A stretch of 50,551 nucleotides of DNA, taken from assembly GCA_037143835.1 (NCBI GenBank), contig JBAWXY010000001.1, positions 1 through 50,551 on the forward strand, given 5' to 3'. This DNA is from Bacteroidota bacterium. Its GTDB lineage: Bacteria > Bacteroidota > Bacteroidia > Bacteroidales > VadinHA17. The translations under genes and the position numbers were made by a program. This document shows, piece by piece, positions 1 to 9,120 of the stretch. Numbering within the stretch: the first letter of the stretch is position 1; each line of letters opens with the position of its first letter. Below the pieces are notes generated by a model, which made no database searches, was not told where the DNA came from, and was given only the letters and a program-made list of their open reading frames with translations.

Positions 1-1250
1 CGCATTGGCGGGTTAATGAGTCTGTTGGCACCTTCATCATCGATGAACTGCTGTTTAACCGGATCATACTTAAGGTTCCTTCCCAGCCGGAGTGCAATTA
101 TTCCAAGGTTAACTATTGAACAAGACCTGTGGCCGTTTGACTCATTAAGAGCAAATTTTTTCCTCGTAAGAACCGATTCGCTGAAAGTTCCTATCTGAGG
201 TGCCGGATCAGGAAGCGAATCAATCAGCTTCTCCATATTGGGGATATCCGATTTGAATCCTTTAAATACTTTCCCATGAGGGCCTTCAATATAAGCTGCA
301 TCTTTGTCGCGGTTTTCGCCATCGAGTATTATCTGGCATCCATCGGCATAAGTATATGTTATTCTTCGCCATGATCCCACAGCATCGTAATGCTGTTGGG
401 GTGCATCAATCTCGACTGAGACAGGGCTGGTATCATCCTTCCCGAGCAGATACTGGACTGGGTCGAGATAGTGCTGACCCATATCACCTAAACCGCCACC
501 ATCATAATCCCAGTAACCCCGGAATTTTGCATGTACTCTTTCAGGATTATATGGTTTATAAGGAGCCGGGCCAAGCCAGAAATCGTAATCTAATTCTGCC
601 GGGACAGGCATTGGCTGAAGATTATGAAGTCCGCTCCAGTAGAATTTCCAGTCGTAACCAGTTATCCCGCTTACTGTTACTTTGAGCGGCCAGCCAAGAA
701 CACCACTATCGACAAGTTTCTTTAGAGGTTTCACAGTTGTTCCCAGTCCGTAGAACTGATCCTTGAACCTGAACCATGTATTCAAACGGAACATCCGACC
801 ATGTTTCTGAACTGCTTCAACCACTTTGATACCTTCACCGATGGTGCGTGTCATTGGCTTTTCACACCAGATATCTTTTCCTGCCTCAGCAGCTGTTTTG
901 GCTATTATGCCATGCCAGTGAGGCGGAGTTGCAATGTGAACAATATCTATATCAGTCCGGGCTATCAGCTCACGAAAATCGCGGTAACCGGCAATATTTC
1001 CACCTGCTGCAGCTATGGCCTGATCAAGATGTGTTTTATCAACATCGCAAACCGCAAGAAGGCGTGTACCTTCATATTCAAAATGCCCTCGTCCCATTCC
1101 ACCAACCCCGATTATTCCTTTTGTAAGCTGGTCGCTGGGAGCAGTATAACCTTGTCCACCAAACACATGCCTGGGGACAATTGTAAAAGCAATGGCAGCA
1201 ACTGTTGTTTTCCTCAGAAAATCGCGTCTGCCGAGTCTGATTTCTTTCAT
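1..1250 (-). CDS. Gfo/Idh/MocA family oxidoreductase with twin-arginine signal (C-terminus cut by window edge)
   Basis: Absent from the ORF track because it has no stop in the window. My minus-strand translation from the ATG at 1250 reads MKEIRLGRRDFLRKTTVAAIAFTIVP (RRDFL Tat motif), then GIIGVGGMGRGH (Rossmann) and DIWCEKPMTRT (EKP motif). The frame stays open to base 1. The plus-strand track ORFs here (16..198, 356..685, 801..1412, 848..1126) are antisense artefacts. Confidence 0.8.
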   Translation of the reverse strand, partial: MKEIRLGRRDFLRKTTVAAIAFTIVPRHVFGGQGYTAPSDQLTKGIIGVGGMGRGHFEYEGTRLLAVCDVDKTHLDQAIAAAGGNIAGYRDFRELIARTDIDIVHIATPPHWHGIIAKTAAEAGKDIWCEKPMTRTIGEGIKVVEAVQKHGRMFRLNTWFRFKDQFYGLGTTVKPLKKLVDSGVLGWPLKVTVSGITGYDWKFYWSGLHNLQPMPVPAELDYDFWLGPAPYKPYNPERVHAKFRGYWDYDGGGLGDMGQHYLDPVQYLLGKDDTSPVSVEIDAPQQHYDAVGSWRRITYTYADGCQIILDGENRDKDAAYIEGPHGKVFKGFKSDIPNMEKLIDSLPDPAPQIGTFSESVLTRKKFALNESNGHRSCSIVNLGIIALRLGRNLKYDPVKQQFIDDEGANRLINPPM

Positions 1251-1275
1251 ATCTATATTATTTGTGTCTGTATAA

Positions 1276-1301
1276 AAATTACGAATTTCAAATTACGAAT
1301 T
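1276..1301. repeat. Perfect 12-nt direct repeat aaattacgaatt x2 (14-nt period) in the divergent control region
   Basis: Copies at 1276-1287 and 1290-1301 are identical and separated by tc. They lie 26-51 nt upstream of the oxidoreductase ATG, between the divergent oxidoreductase and xyloside-transporter genes. Confidence 0.5.
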
Positions 1302-1429
1302 AGAAATTTAATTAATTCAAATCTCTCTGCAATTTGCAAGTTTTACGATCAAAATACAAATGGAAGAAGTTCTATTTTAACAAAACCAGTAAGATACCAG
1401 GTTTGCAGATAAAATAAGATTAAACGCTT

Positions 1430-1444
1430 CTTCCGGACCGGAAG
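1430..1444. promoter_or_regulatory. 15-bp perfect palindrome cttccgg-a-ccggaag (candidate operator or RNA hairpin)
   Basis: Read directly: cttccgg (1430-1436), a, ccggaag (1438-1444). It is followed by a small gttg-acccgg-caac hairpin (1444-1457). This is the only GC-rich patch in an AT-rich 358-bp divergent intergenic region. Confidence 0.35.
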
Positions 1445-1608
1445 TTGACCCGGCAACTTTGGTAAGAACATTTGCAGAGGAATGAATTGTATGATGTGGG
1501 TTGAAGAAGGTCACGGATTTTAATGACTTAATAAACTTTATTTTTTGAATGATATTTCTTAAATTCGAATATTCAATAAATTCAAATACTGATTTCAAAA
1601 AGATAGAA

Positions 1609-3054
1609 ATGACAGAAAAATTATCAATCAGAGAAAAAGTCGGCTTCAGTCTCGGTGACAGTGCCGCCAATTTTATTTTTCAGACAATCATGCTGTTGCA
1701 ACTGAGTTTTTATACTGACTCATTTGGTATCTCAGCAGCCGCTGCCGGATGGCTCTTTCTGGTTGCCAGATTGTGGGGAGCAGTATTTGACCCGATAATG
1801 GGTGTGGTGGCTGACCGGACCAACACCCGCTGGGGTAAGTTCCGTCCATGGATCCTCTGGACAGCTTTACCTTTCGGGATAATTGGCTTCCTGGCATTTA
1901 CGACACCTCACTTCGGACCATCAGGAAAAATCGTTTATGCTTATATAACCTATATATTATTACTTTCAATCTATTCAGCGAATAACATCCCCTACTCAGC
2001 CCTCAGCGGTGTAATCACCGGGGATATGGTTCAACGTACCAGTCTCTTTTCTGTGCGTTTTATTTTTGTCACCCTGGCTACCATCGCAATTCAGGGATTT
2101 GCTCTGCCAATGGTGAATCATTTTGGAGAAGGAAACAGCGCAAAAGGATACCAGATTACAATGGGAATATTTTGTGCGCTCGCTGTAATATTCTTCATTA
2201 TAACATTCCTTACAACTAAAGAAAGAATCAAGCCCGATCCTCAGCAGAAAACATCTTTGAAGCAGGATATCTCTGACCTTTTGAAAAACCGTCCATGGGT
2301 TATAATGTTCTCTGTTTTTGTTTTAATGTTTATCTTCCTTGCAATCAGGAACAGTATAATGCTCTATTTCTTTAAGTATTATCTCGATAAACAGAGCATG
2401 CTGACATTCCTCGAAGGTTTGAATAAGGGACTCTTTGGCTTCCTCGATAAGGTCGGAATGCTTGGGCAAAATGCTGACATAGCTGGTAATGCATTCAGTA
2501 TCATTAATATATTCAGTCAGCTTGCTGCCATACTGGGTATATTTTTATCGAAACCTCTTGCAGCCCGCTTCGGAAAACGGGATGTATTTAAAGCATCACT
2601 TATACTGAGTGTGGTAATTGCTGCTCTCTTCATTTTCATTGCTCCCGGAGCCATAATGCTGGCACTTATTTTCCAGATTATCTTCAACTTTTCCTGGGGC
2701 GTTTCAATGCCTTTGCCTTGGGCAATGATGGCCGATGTGGCAGATTATTCGGAATGGAAAAACAACCGGAGAGCAACTGCAATAGTATTTGCAGGCATCA
2801 TCATCGGCTTAAAGGTCGGACTTGCAATTGGTGGTGCTCTGGCAGGTTCTCTTCTAAGTTTATATGGTTATGTAGCCAATGCTGTACAGACGCCTCAGGC
2901 TCTGATGGGTATTCGTCTGACAATAAGTATCTATCCGGCGATAGCAATGGCTGGAGGAATTCTGGTTCTTTTCTTCTACCAGATCAATAAAAGCACAGAG
3001 TTCAAAATGCAGGATGAACTTGCTGAACGAAGGAAAGCTTACAGCCATAATTAA
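1609..3054 (+). CDS. Glycoside-pentoside-hexuronide (GPH):cation symporter family MFS transporter (xyloside/oligosaccharide uptake)
   Basis: Track ORF 1549..3054. The N-terminus MTEKLSIREKVGFSLGDSAANFIFQ is typical of GPH/MelB-XynT-like symporters, so I start it at the ATG at 1609. It has about 12 hydrophobic segments and sits directly upstream of the GH10 and GH3 genes. Confidence 0.8.
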   Translation: MTEKLSIREKVGFSLGDSAANFIFQTIMLLQLSFYTDSFGISAAAAGWLFLVARLWGAVFDPIMGVVADRTNTRWGKFRPWILWTALPFGIIGFLAFTTPHFGPSGKIVYAYITYILLLSIYSANNIPYSALSGVITGDMVQRTSLFSVRFIFVTLATIAIQGFALPMVNHFGEGNSAKGYQITMGIFCALAVIFFIITFLTTKERIKPDPQQKTSLKQDISDLLKNRPWVIMFSVFVLMFIFLAIRNSIMLYFFKYYLDKQSMLTFLEGLNKGLFGFLDKVGMLGQNADIAGNAFSIINIFSQLAAILGIFLSKPLAARFGKRDVFKASLILSVVIAALFIFIAPGAIMLALIFQIIFNFSWGVSMPLPWAMMADVADYSEWKNNRRATAIVFAGIIIGLKVGLAIGGALAGSLLSLYGYVANAVQTPQALMGIRLTISIYPAIAMAGGILVLFFYQINKSTEFKMQDELAERRKAYSHN

Positions 3055-3101
3055 CAGGCCGGATTTTAAATAATTTCAAATTAATTGTAAAACACAATGA
3101 T

Positions 3102-4250
3102 ATGAAAATAAAACGCATTAAAATTTCAATCAGGTTGATCTCTTTTGTATCATTAGCAAGTCTGCTTTTCATCACTGGGTGCAAACATGAGAAATTACCA
3201 AAATTAAAAGATGCTTTTAAGGACGATTTTTATATCGGAGCAGCCTTAACAGGAAATCAGGTAAGGCAGAAGGATCCCATAATAATGACAATCCTGAAAG
3301 ACCAATTCAACACTATCACATCTGAAAATGCATTGAAATGGGATACAGTACATCCGGAACTGAATAAATATAGTTTTGAAAAAGCCGACAGTTTTGTTGC
3401 TCTTGGAATGAGGAATAATATGTTTATAATAGGACATTGCCTTATCTGGCACCAGCAGGTTCCACGCTGGGTCTTTGAAGATAAATCGGGTAACCCTGTC
3501 AGCAGGGATACTCTTCTGAAAAGGATGCACGATCACATACTGACGGTAGTAACCAGGTATAAAGGGAAAGTCAATGGCTGGGATGTTGTAAATGAGGCTA
3601 TTGATGAAAACGGAGAGCTTCGCAATACCAAATGGCTGGAGATTATAGGTGAAGACTACATCCAGAAAGCATTTGAATATGCACATGAAGCAGATCCTGA
3701 TGCTGAACTTTATTATAACGATTATAATATCGAACAACCTGCAAAAAGGGAAGGCACTATTAACAGAATAATCAAGCCGCTGCAGGCAAAAAGCGTAAAG
3801 ATTGACGGCATCGGGATACAAGCTCACTGGCATCTGGATACTCCTGCATTTCAGATTGTTGATTCAAGTATATCCAAATTTGCAGCAACGGGAATAAAGG
3901 TGATGTTCACTGAAATGGATATAAATGTTCTGCCCCGGCCTGAGAATCTTGCAACTGCAGAAATTTCAGAGAATTTTCAACTTACGAAGGAATCAAATCC
4001 ATTTCCTGAAAGCATGCCTGATTCGGTTCAGAAACAGCTTGCTGACCGATATGCCGGTTTCTTCAAAATTTTTCTCTTTTACAAGGACAAAGTATCAAGG
4101 GTTACATTCTGGGGAATCGAAGACGGACAGTCATGGCTTAATAACTGGCCAATCAGGGGAAGGACCAATTATCCTTTACTTTTTGACCGCAATCTTCAGC
4201 CTAAATCCGCTTTTTATGCAATCATAAAGGAGGCTGGATCAGATAAATAA
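3102..4250 (+). CDS. GH10 endo-1,4-beta-xylanase, lipoprotein
   Basis: Lipobox LFITGC. GH10 catalytic motifs WDVVNEAI (acid/base Glu) and FTEMDINV (nucleophile Glu). Length is 382 aa. Confidence 0.9.
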   Translation: MKIKRIKISIRLISFVSLASLLFITGCKHEKLPKLKDAFKDDFYIGAALTGNQVRQKDPIIMTILKDQFNTITSENALKWDTVHPELNKYSFEKADSFVALGMRNNMFIIGHCLIWHQQVPRWVFEDKSGNPVSRDTLLKRMHDHILTVVTRYKGKVNGWDVVNEAIDENGELRNTKWLEIIGEDYIQKAFEYAHEADPDAELYYNDYNIEQPAKREGTINRIIKPLQAKSVKIDGIGIQAHWHLDTPAFQIVDSSISKFAATGIKVMFTEMDINVLPRPENLATAEISENFQLTKESNPFPESMPDSVQKQLADRYAGFFKIFLFYKDKVSRVTFWGIEDGQSWLNNWPIRGRTNYPLLFDRNLQPKSAFYAIIKEAGSDK

Positions 4251-4276
4251 AAGAATTTTAACTAATAGATCATCCG

Positions 4277-6583
4277 ATGTCAAAAAAACCGCATACCAAT
4301 AGAAAAGAGAATGACTCTCTTATAAATGCACCTTACAAGAACCCAAAACTAGCTGTTTCAAAAAGGGTAAAAGACCTGCTTTCAAGAATGACCATTGAAG
4401 AAAAGGTTGCTCAACTGATGGGTTTATGGAATGGAGGCGTGGAAGATTACAATGACGAGTTTCTGAATGACCCTGAAAAAATGAAAGCTGCTTTCGGGAA
4501 TGGCGCTAATTCCATCCATCCTGCTTTCTGGGGCTTAAAAGAGACTGTAGTACAACGAAATAAAATCCAGAAATACGTTGTTGAGAAGACACGTCTGGGA
4601 ATACCTGTCATCTTTGTTGATGAAGGTCAGCACGGTATGATGCGTCGCGATGCAACAGCTTTCCCACAGGCAATCGGTATGGCCTGCTCATGGGATCCTG
4701 CTCTTTTTGAAAAAGTGTACGGTGCAGTTGCCAGGGAAATGCGGACAAGAGGCACCCACCATGCCCTGACTCCCGTTATAGATGTATGTCGCGAACCAAG
4801 ATGGGGACGCGTTGAAGAGACTTACGGTGAAGATCCTTATCTGAATGGCGTCCTGAGCTGTGCAGCAGTCAAAGGACTTCAGGGTTCTTCCGACGGTACA
4901 ATTGCTCCAGACCATGTTGCGGCTACCCTGAAGCATCTTGCAGGACATGGTCAGTCCGAAGGAGGACAGAACCAGGGCCCGGCCAATTATTCAATGAGAG
5001 TTCTACGTGATTACCATATGCCACCATTTAAAATGTGCATCGATAATGTTAAGCCGGCCAGTGTCATGCCTTCGTACAATGAAGTGGATGGAGTGCCATC
5101 ACATGCAAACGGCTGGTTATTGAACGATCTTCTAAGGAAGGAATGGGGCTTTAAAGGAATGATAGTATCTGATTACTATGGCGTTGACCAGCTTTTTAAT
5201 AAACATTGCGTTGCAGAAAATATTAAAGATGCTGCAAAAACAGCTTTCAACAGCGGTGTTCAGTACGAATTTCCTCAGGCAAACTGTTACAAATATCTGC
5301 CTGAGCTTCTGAAGGAAGAAAAAATCAAACTATCAGATATTGATGAGGCCGTTTTGCAGGTACTCGGACTTAAATTCAAACTTGGACTTTTTGAGAACCC
5401 GTACGTTGATTTAAATACCGCGATCAAAGTAAGCAAGGATCCTGCATCAAAAGAACTGGCACTGAAGGCAGCACATGAATCAATCGTTCTTTTGAAAAAT
5501 GACAAACTGCTTCCATTGCCGAAAAACAAATACAGGAAAATCGCGGTAATAGGTCCGTGTGCAAAAGATGTTTTCTTCGGCGGTTACGCAGGGGAGCCTT
5601 ATCAAAAGGTCAGTCTGTTTAATGGAATAAAAAATAAGGTTGGCAAAAAGTCTGAAGTTTTATTTGCACAAGGCTGTAAACTGACAACAAATGCTTCAAT
5701 AAGTTTCTTCAACTGGAAAGGTGATGAGATCAAATTCCCGACCAGGGAAGAAAACATGAAGCTTATAACCGAAGCGGTGAAAGTTGCTAAAAAGGCCGAA
5801 ATAATTATCCTTGCCATTGGTGAAAACGAGCATCTATGCCGTGAAGCTTGGGCAAAAACGCATATCGGCGATAATATGACCCTCGACCTTTTCGGTCATC
5901 AGGATGAATTGGTAAGAGCTATAATTGAACTTGGGAAACCTGTAGTTGTGTACCTGATGAATGGGCGGCCTCTTTCAATCAATTATATTGCTGAGAATGT
6001 CCCTGCAATAATTGAGGGATGGTACATGGGTCAGGAGACCGGCACTGCTGCTGCCGATATCATCTTCGGCGATGTAAATCCTTCGGGCAAACTGACCATA
6101 ACCGTTCCAAAATCAGCCGGACAACTACCTATGTATTATAACTTTAAGCCGAGTGCCCAGATAAACGAATATCTTTCAATGGATAATAAGCCGCTCTGGC
6201 ATTTTGGATTTGGGTTAAGCTATACCAGATTCAGGCAGGCAAATCTCCGACTTGAGAAGAGCAGAATTAAAAAGGATGGCACAACAAAGGTAAAGGTTGA
6301 TGTAACCAATGCCGGTAAAAAGGCTGGTGACGAAATTGTTCAGATGTATATCCGCGATAAGTTCAGTTCAGTGACCCGTCCGGTGAAAGAGTTGAAAGGA
6401 TTCAGGCGGGTTTCCTTAAAACCGGGTGAAACAAAAACCATAACTTTTGAGATAAAACCAGAACACCTGGCATTCCATAATATCGACATGAAATATGTTG
6501 TTGAACCGGGAGAGTTCGAGATCATGGTAGGGAACTCATCCCGTGATGAAGACCTGACAAGGGTAGTTTTGACAGTTGCCTGA
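4277..6583 (+). CDS. GH3 family glycoside hydrolase (beta-glucosidase/beta-xylosidase, BglX-like)
   Basis: 768 aa. GFKGMIVSDY nucleophile-Asp motif, KHLAGHG motif, and a C-terminal fibronectin-like domain (VKELKGFRRVSLKPGE). Confidence 0.9.
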   Translation: MSKKPHTNRKENDSLINAPYKNPKLAVSKRVKDLLSRMTIEEKVAQLMGLWNGGVEDYNDEFLNDPEKMKAAFGNGANSIHPAFWGLKETVVQRNKIQKYVVEKTRLGIPVIFVDEGQHGMMRRDATAFPQAIGMACSWDPALFEKVYGAVAREMRTRGTHHALTPVIDVCREPRWGRVEETYGEDPYLNGVLSCAAVKGLQGSSDGTIAPDHVAATLKHLAGHGQSEGGQNQGPANYSMRVLRDYHMPPFKMCIDNVKPASVMPSYNEVDGVPSHANGWLLNDLLRKEWGFKGMIVSDYYGVDQLFNKHCVAENIKDAAKTAFNSGVQYEFPQANCYKYLPELLKEEKIKLSDIDEAVLQVLGLKFKLGLFENPYVDLNTAIKVSKDPASKELALKAAHESIVLLKNDKLLPLPKNKYRKIAVIGPCAKDVFFGGYAGEPYQKVSLFNGIKNKVGKKSEVLFAQGCKLTTNASISFFNWKGDEIKFPTREENMKLITEAVKVAKKAEIIILAIGENEHLCREAWAKTHIGDNMTLDLFGHQDELVRAIIELGKPVVVYLMNGRPLSINYIAENVPAIIEGWYMGQETGTAAADIIFGDVNPSGKLTITVPKSAGQLPMYYNFKPSAQINEYLSMDNKPLWHFGFGLSYTRFRQANLRLEKSRIKKDGTTKVKVDVTNAGKKAGDEIVQMYIRDKFSSVTRPVKELKGFRRVSLKPGETKTITFEIKPEHLAFHNIDMKYVVEPGEFEIMVGNSSRDEDLTRVVLTVA

Positions 6584-6682
6584 TCTTATTCCTGAGATAA
6601 ATCAACGAGATCTACCGGAATTATTTTCCCTCAGATCTCGCTTACCTGTCTAAAGGCAGGTTGATTCAGATATTTTTTGAAC

Positions 6683-7834
6683 CTACTTTTTCAGGCTATA
6701 TATAGATACTGATAAAAGGCAGGTCATACAGACTATCAGAATTGACATCCCAATTGCAACATTGCTCAGGTCACTTACCCATCCTATTATTAAAGGTATA
6801 ACCGCACCACCTGAAATTGCCATCATCATAAGGCCTGAAATTTCATTGCTGCGGGTTGGATATCTTTCAACAGTAATAGAAAATACAAGCGGAAAAATGT
6901 TAGCAACTGCCAGTCCGATAAGAAATACGAGTCCCCATGCCATGAAAGGTGAAGAGATGAGCAGAATGGCAACTAAACATAATATTCCGAGTATTGATGT
7001 CCACATGAAGAATTTGCGTGAAGAGATCCTAGTAAGCATAATAGCTCCTGCGAAAGTTCCAAGCATACGACCGAAGAAATATACACTTCTGCCCGATTCT
7101 GCAGTTGTAGAATCAATACCAAACTGTTTGATCAGGAACTGTCCGGAATTGGAGTTGAATCCCACATCGATACCTACTACCAGGAAAATTGATAAAACCA
7201 TTATAAGGACAAAACCTGTACCCAGCAGTTTGAATGATGAAGCAAAAGTTGCCTTGATCTCTGTCTGCTTTTTCTCGTCTATTTTCACTGAACCAAGCCA
7301 TAGAACTGAAAGAATTGAAACAACCCCGAATACAAGGAACAACAGTTTCCAGTCACCGAACTGAGCTGCAAGAACCGCCGCAAGAGGAGCTCCAATCATT
7401 GAGCCTATAGCCTTTACAAATTGAGAAAAGCTAAGGAAACTTGGTGTCCGGTTGCCAGGAACAACATCTACAAGAAGTGGATTAGCAGATACCTGGACAA
7501 TTGTGTTTCCTATTCCAAGCAGGGCAAAACCGACAAGCACCATTTCGAAAGTATAAAAGAAATATGGCACCAGTAACCCCAATGCCGTAACGCCCATACC
7601 GATATTAAGCATAAACCGTTTGCCCAGACGCGATTGCATCACTCCTACCGGAACAGAGAGGAGAAGAAACCAGAGGAAAGCAGCAGAAGGGATCAATTGA
7701 GCAAGAGTGGCACTCAGGTTCATATCCTTACTTACACGGTCAACCCCGATACCTACAAGGTCAACAAAGCTCATGACAAAAAATGCCATGAGGACTGGGA
7801 GTATTTTAGTAATGTTTACTTTTTGTGTATTCAT
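6683..7834 (-). CDS. MFS sugar transporter (glucose/galactose/FucP-like)
   Basis: 383 aa polytopic membrane protein with 11-12 hydrophobic segments. It lies immediately downstream of, and in the same orientation as, the ROK kinase. Confidence 0.7.
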   Translation of the reverse strand: MNTQKVNITKILPVLMAFFVMSFVDLVGIGVDRVSKDMNLSATLAQLIPSAAFLWFLLLSVPVGVMQSRLGKRFMLNIGMGVTALGLLVPYFFYTFEMVLVGFALLGIGNTIVQVSANPLLVDVVPGNRTPSFLSFSQFVKAIGSMIGAPLAAVLAAQFGDWKLLFLVFGVVSILSVLWLGSVKIDEKKQTEIKATFASSFKLLGTGFVLIMVLSIFLVVGIDVGFNSNSGQFLIKQFGIDSTTAESGRSVYFFGRMLGTFAGAIMLTRISSRKFFMWTSILGILCLVAILLISSPFMAWGLVFLIGLAVANIFPLVFSITVERYPTRSNEISGLMMMAISGGAVIPLIIGWVSDLSNVAIGMSILIVCMTCLLSVSIYSLKK

Positions 7835-7885
7835 AATAGGGTGGTTTGAGTGAAATTACTGAGTTAATTATTTATTTTTTCTTCC

Positions 7886-7947
7886 GGTAGCCTGTCGCCC
7901 TTAGCCTGACGCCATTTATTTAACGGCTACAGGCTACAGGCAACAGG
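7886..7947. repeat. Inverted arrays of a degenerate heptamer (GGTAGCC TGTCGCC CTTAGCC TGACGCC / GGCTACA GGCTACA GGCAACA)
   Basis: Left arm 7886-7913 has 4 units. Spacer atttatttaac. Right arm 7925-7947 has 3 units and is the reverse complement of the same unit family. About 16 of 21 positions can pair. It lies between the ROK kinase stop and the MFS start. Confidence 0.7.
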
Positions 7948-7962
7948 TTTATATTGATTAAT

Positions 7963-8898
7963 TTACATTAGCGGAAGTGCATGTTGTACTGATTTCCAGA
8001 AATCATCATCAAGCAGATATGCGCTTCCCAGAAGGGCAGCATCTTCTTTCAGTTTTGAAAGAGCTACTTTGCAATTACATTTCTCTTTTTTCAACCTGTC
8101 CTCAAAAACATCTCCAAAGAGAATATATGCATACGATATGTTTCCACCAATAACAATAATTTCAGCTTTGAACTTTTTAAGCCATGGAGCAAGGAACAGC
8201 CCAAGTTTATCTCCAAAATCCGTAAAAAGATCAGAGACTATCCTGTCGGAAGCAGCCAATGCTGCAACCTCTTTTACACCACTCAACTCTTTACCAGTTA
8301 GATTCTTATATCTGCCAAGTAACCCACGAGTCGAAAAATAATCGTCAGCAATTCCATCTCTATATGGCAGGTGATAAATACAACCCAGTTTAGGTACATC
8401 CGGACCATCTACAATCGGGATACGGTTACTGATAAATGCAGATCCGAAGCCGGTTCCCAGTGTAATTGAAAGTGAACGGTTAGCCTTGGTCGCACTGCCT
8501 GCCCACGCCTCTCCTACTGCAAAAGCTGAAGCATCATTCATAAACCTTATGAGGAAGTCTTCCGGGACCTCCAGACTACTTGAAATGGTATCGATAATAT
8601 TAATGCCGTAGAGATTCTCATATTTTGCCACACCCCGGATAAAACAAATTCCCTTGACATAATCGAATGGTCCAGGCATTGCAAAACCAATTCCTTTAAC
8701 TTTTTCAAAAGGTACTTTCGCCAGAGCACCTGAAAGTGCTTCGGCCCAAACAGCAATTATCTCATTGGCCTGAGCCTGGTTATTAACTGCTCTTTCAGTT
8801 AAAGTATCCCTAAGGATCTTCCCTGAAACAAGATCAACAGCTGCACAACTGATATGACTTCCACCTATATCAGCGCCTATTGCGATGCTTTTATTCAT
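7963..8898 (-). CDS. ROK family sugar kinase (glucokinase/N-acetylglucosamine kinase-like)
   Basis: N-terminal IGADIGGSHI ATP-binding motif and ITLGTGFGSAF motif, 311 aa. It lacks the Cys-rich zinc motif of classic ROK repressors. Confidence 0.8.
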   Translation of the reverse strand: MNKSIAIGADIGGSHISCAAVDLVSGKILRDTLTERAVNNQAQANEIIAVWAEALSGALAKVPFEKVKGIGFAMPGPFDYVKGICFIRGVAKYENLYGINIIDTISSSLEVPEDFLIRFMNDASAFAVGEAWAGSATKANRSLSITLGTGFGSAFISNRIPIVDGPDVPKLGCIYHLPYRDGIADDYFSTRGLLGRYKNLTGKELSGVKEVAALAASDRIVSDLFTDFGDKLGLFLAPWLKKFKAEIIVIGGNISYAYILFGDVFEDRLKKEKCNCKVALSKLKEDAALLGSAYLLDDDFWKSVQHALPLM

Positions 8899-9120
8899 AG
8901 AAATTAGTAATAATTAAATCAAGTCAAAAAGTGAAGTTAAAACTGCCGTTGAAAATATTCAAATTTGTTGTCAATGCAAAATAAAATCCGATGATTAAAG
9001 ATTTTCCCATGATTTATTTATGAAACCGAATTTTCTGCAGATGATAAACATCATGTTTTTTTCATAAGAATATTGGTATTATAGTTGTAAATTCGAACGA
9101 CAAAATATAAATATCACACC

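Noticed and set aside
801-1412. 203-aa plus-strand ORF, and neighbours 16..198, 356..685 and 848..1126
   Set aside because: All lie antisense to a clearly recognisable Gfo/Idh/MocA gene that runs off the window edge. Their sequences are Cys/Ser/Phe-rich and low-complexity, with no motifs.
1425-1460. Minus-strand GGTCCGGAAGAAGC resembles the SRP (4.5S) RNA domain IV motif GGUCCGGAAGGAAGC
   Set aside because: Only about 14 nt match. The symmetric-loop partner strand and the long closing helix of SRP RNA are absent, and the flanks are AT-rich and unstructured. I treat it as a palindrome or possible operator instead.
7886-7947. Heptamer arrays considered as a CRISPR-like or minisatellite array
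   Set aside because: The units are 7 nt with no spacers and only 3-4 copies, and no cas genes are present. They do not fit CRISPR architecture and are reported only as short repeats.
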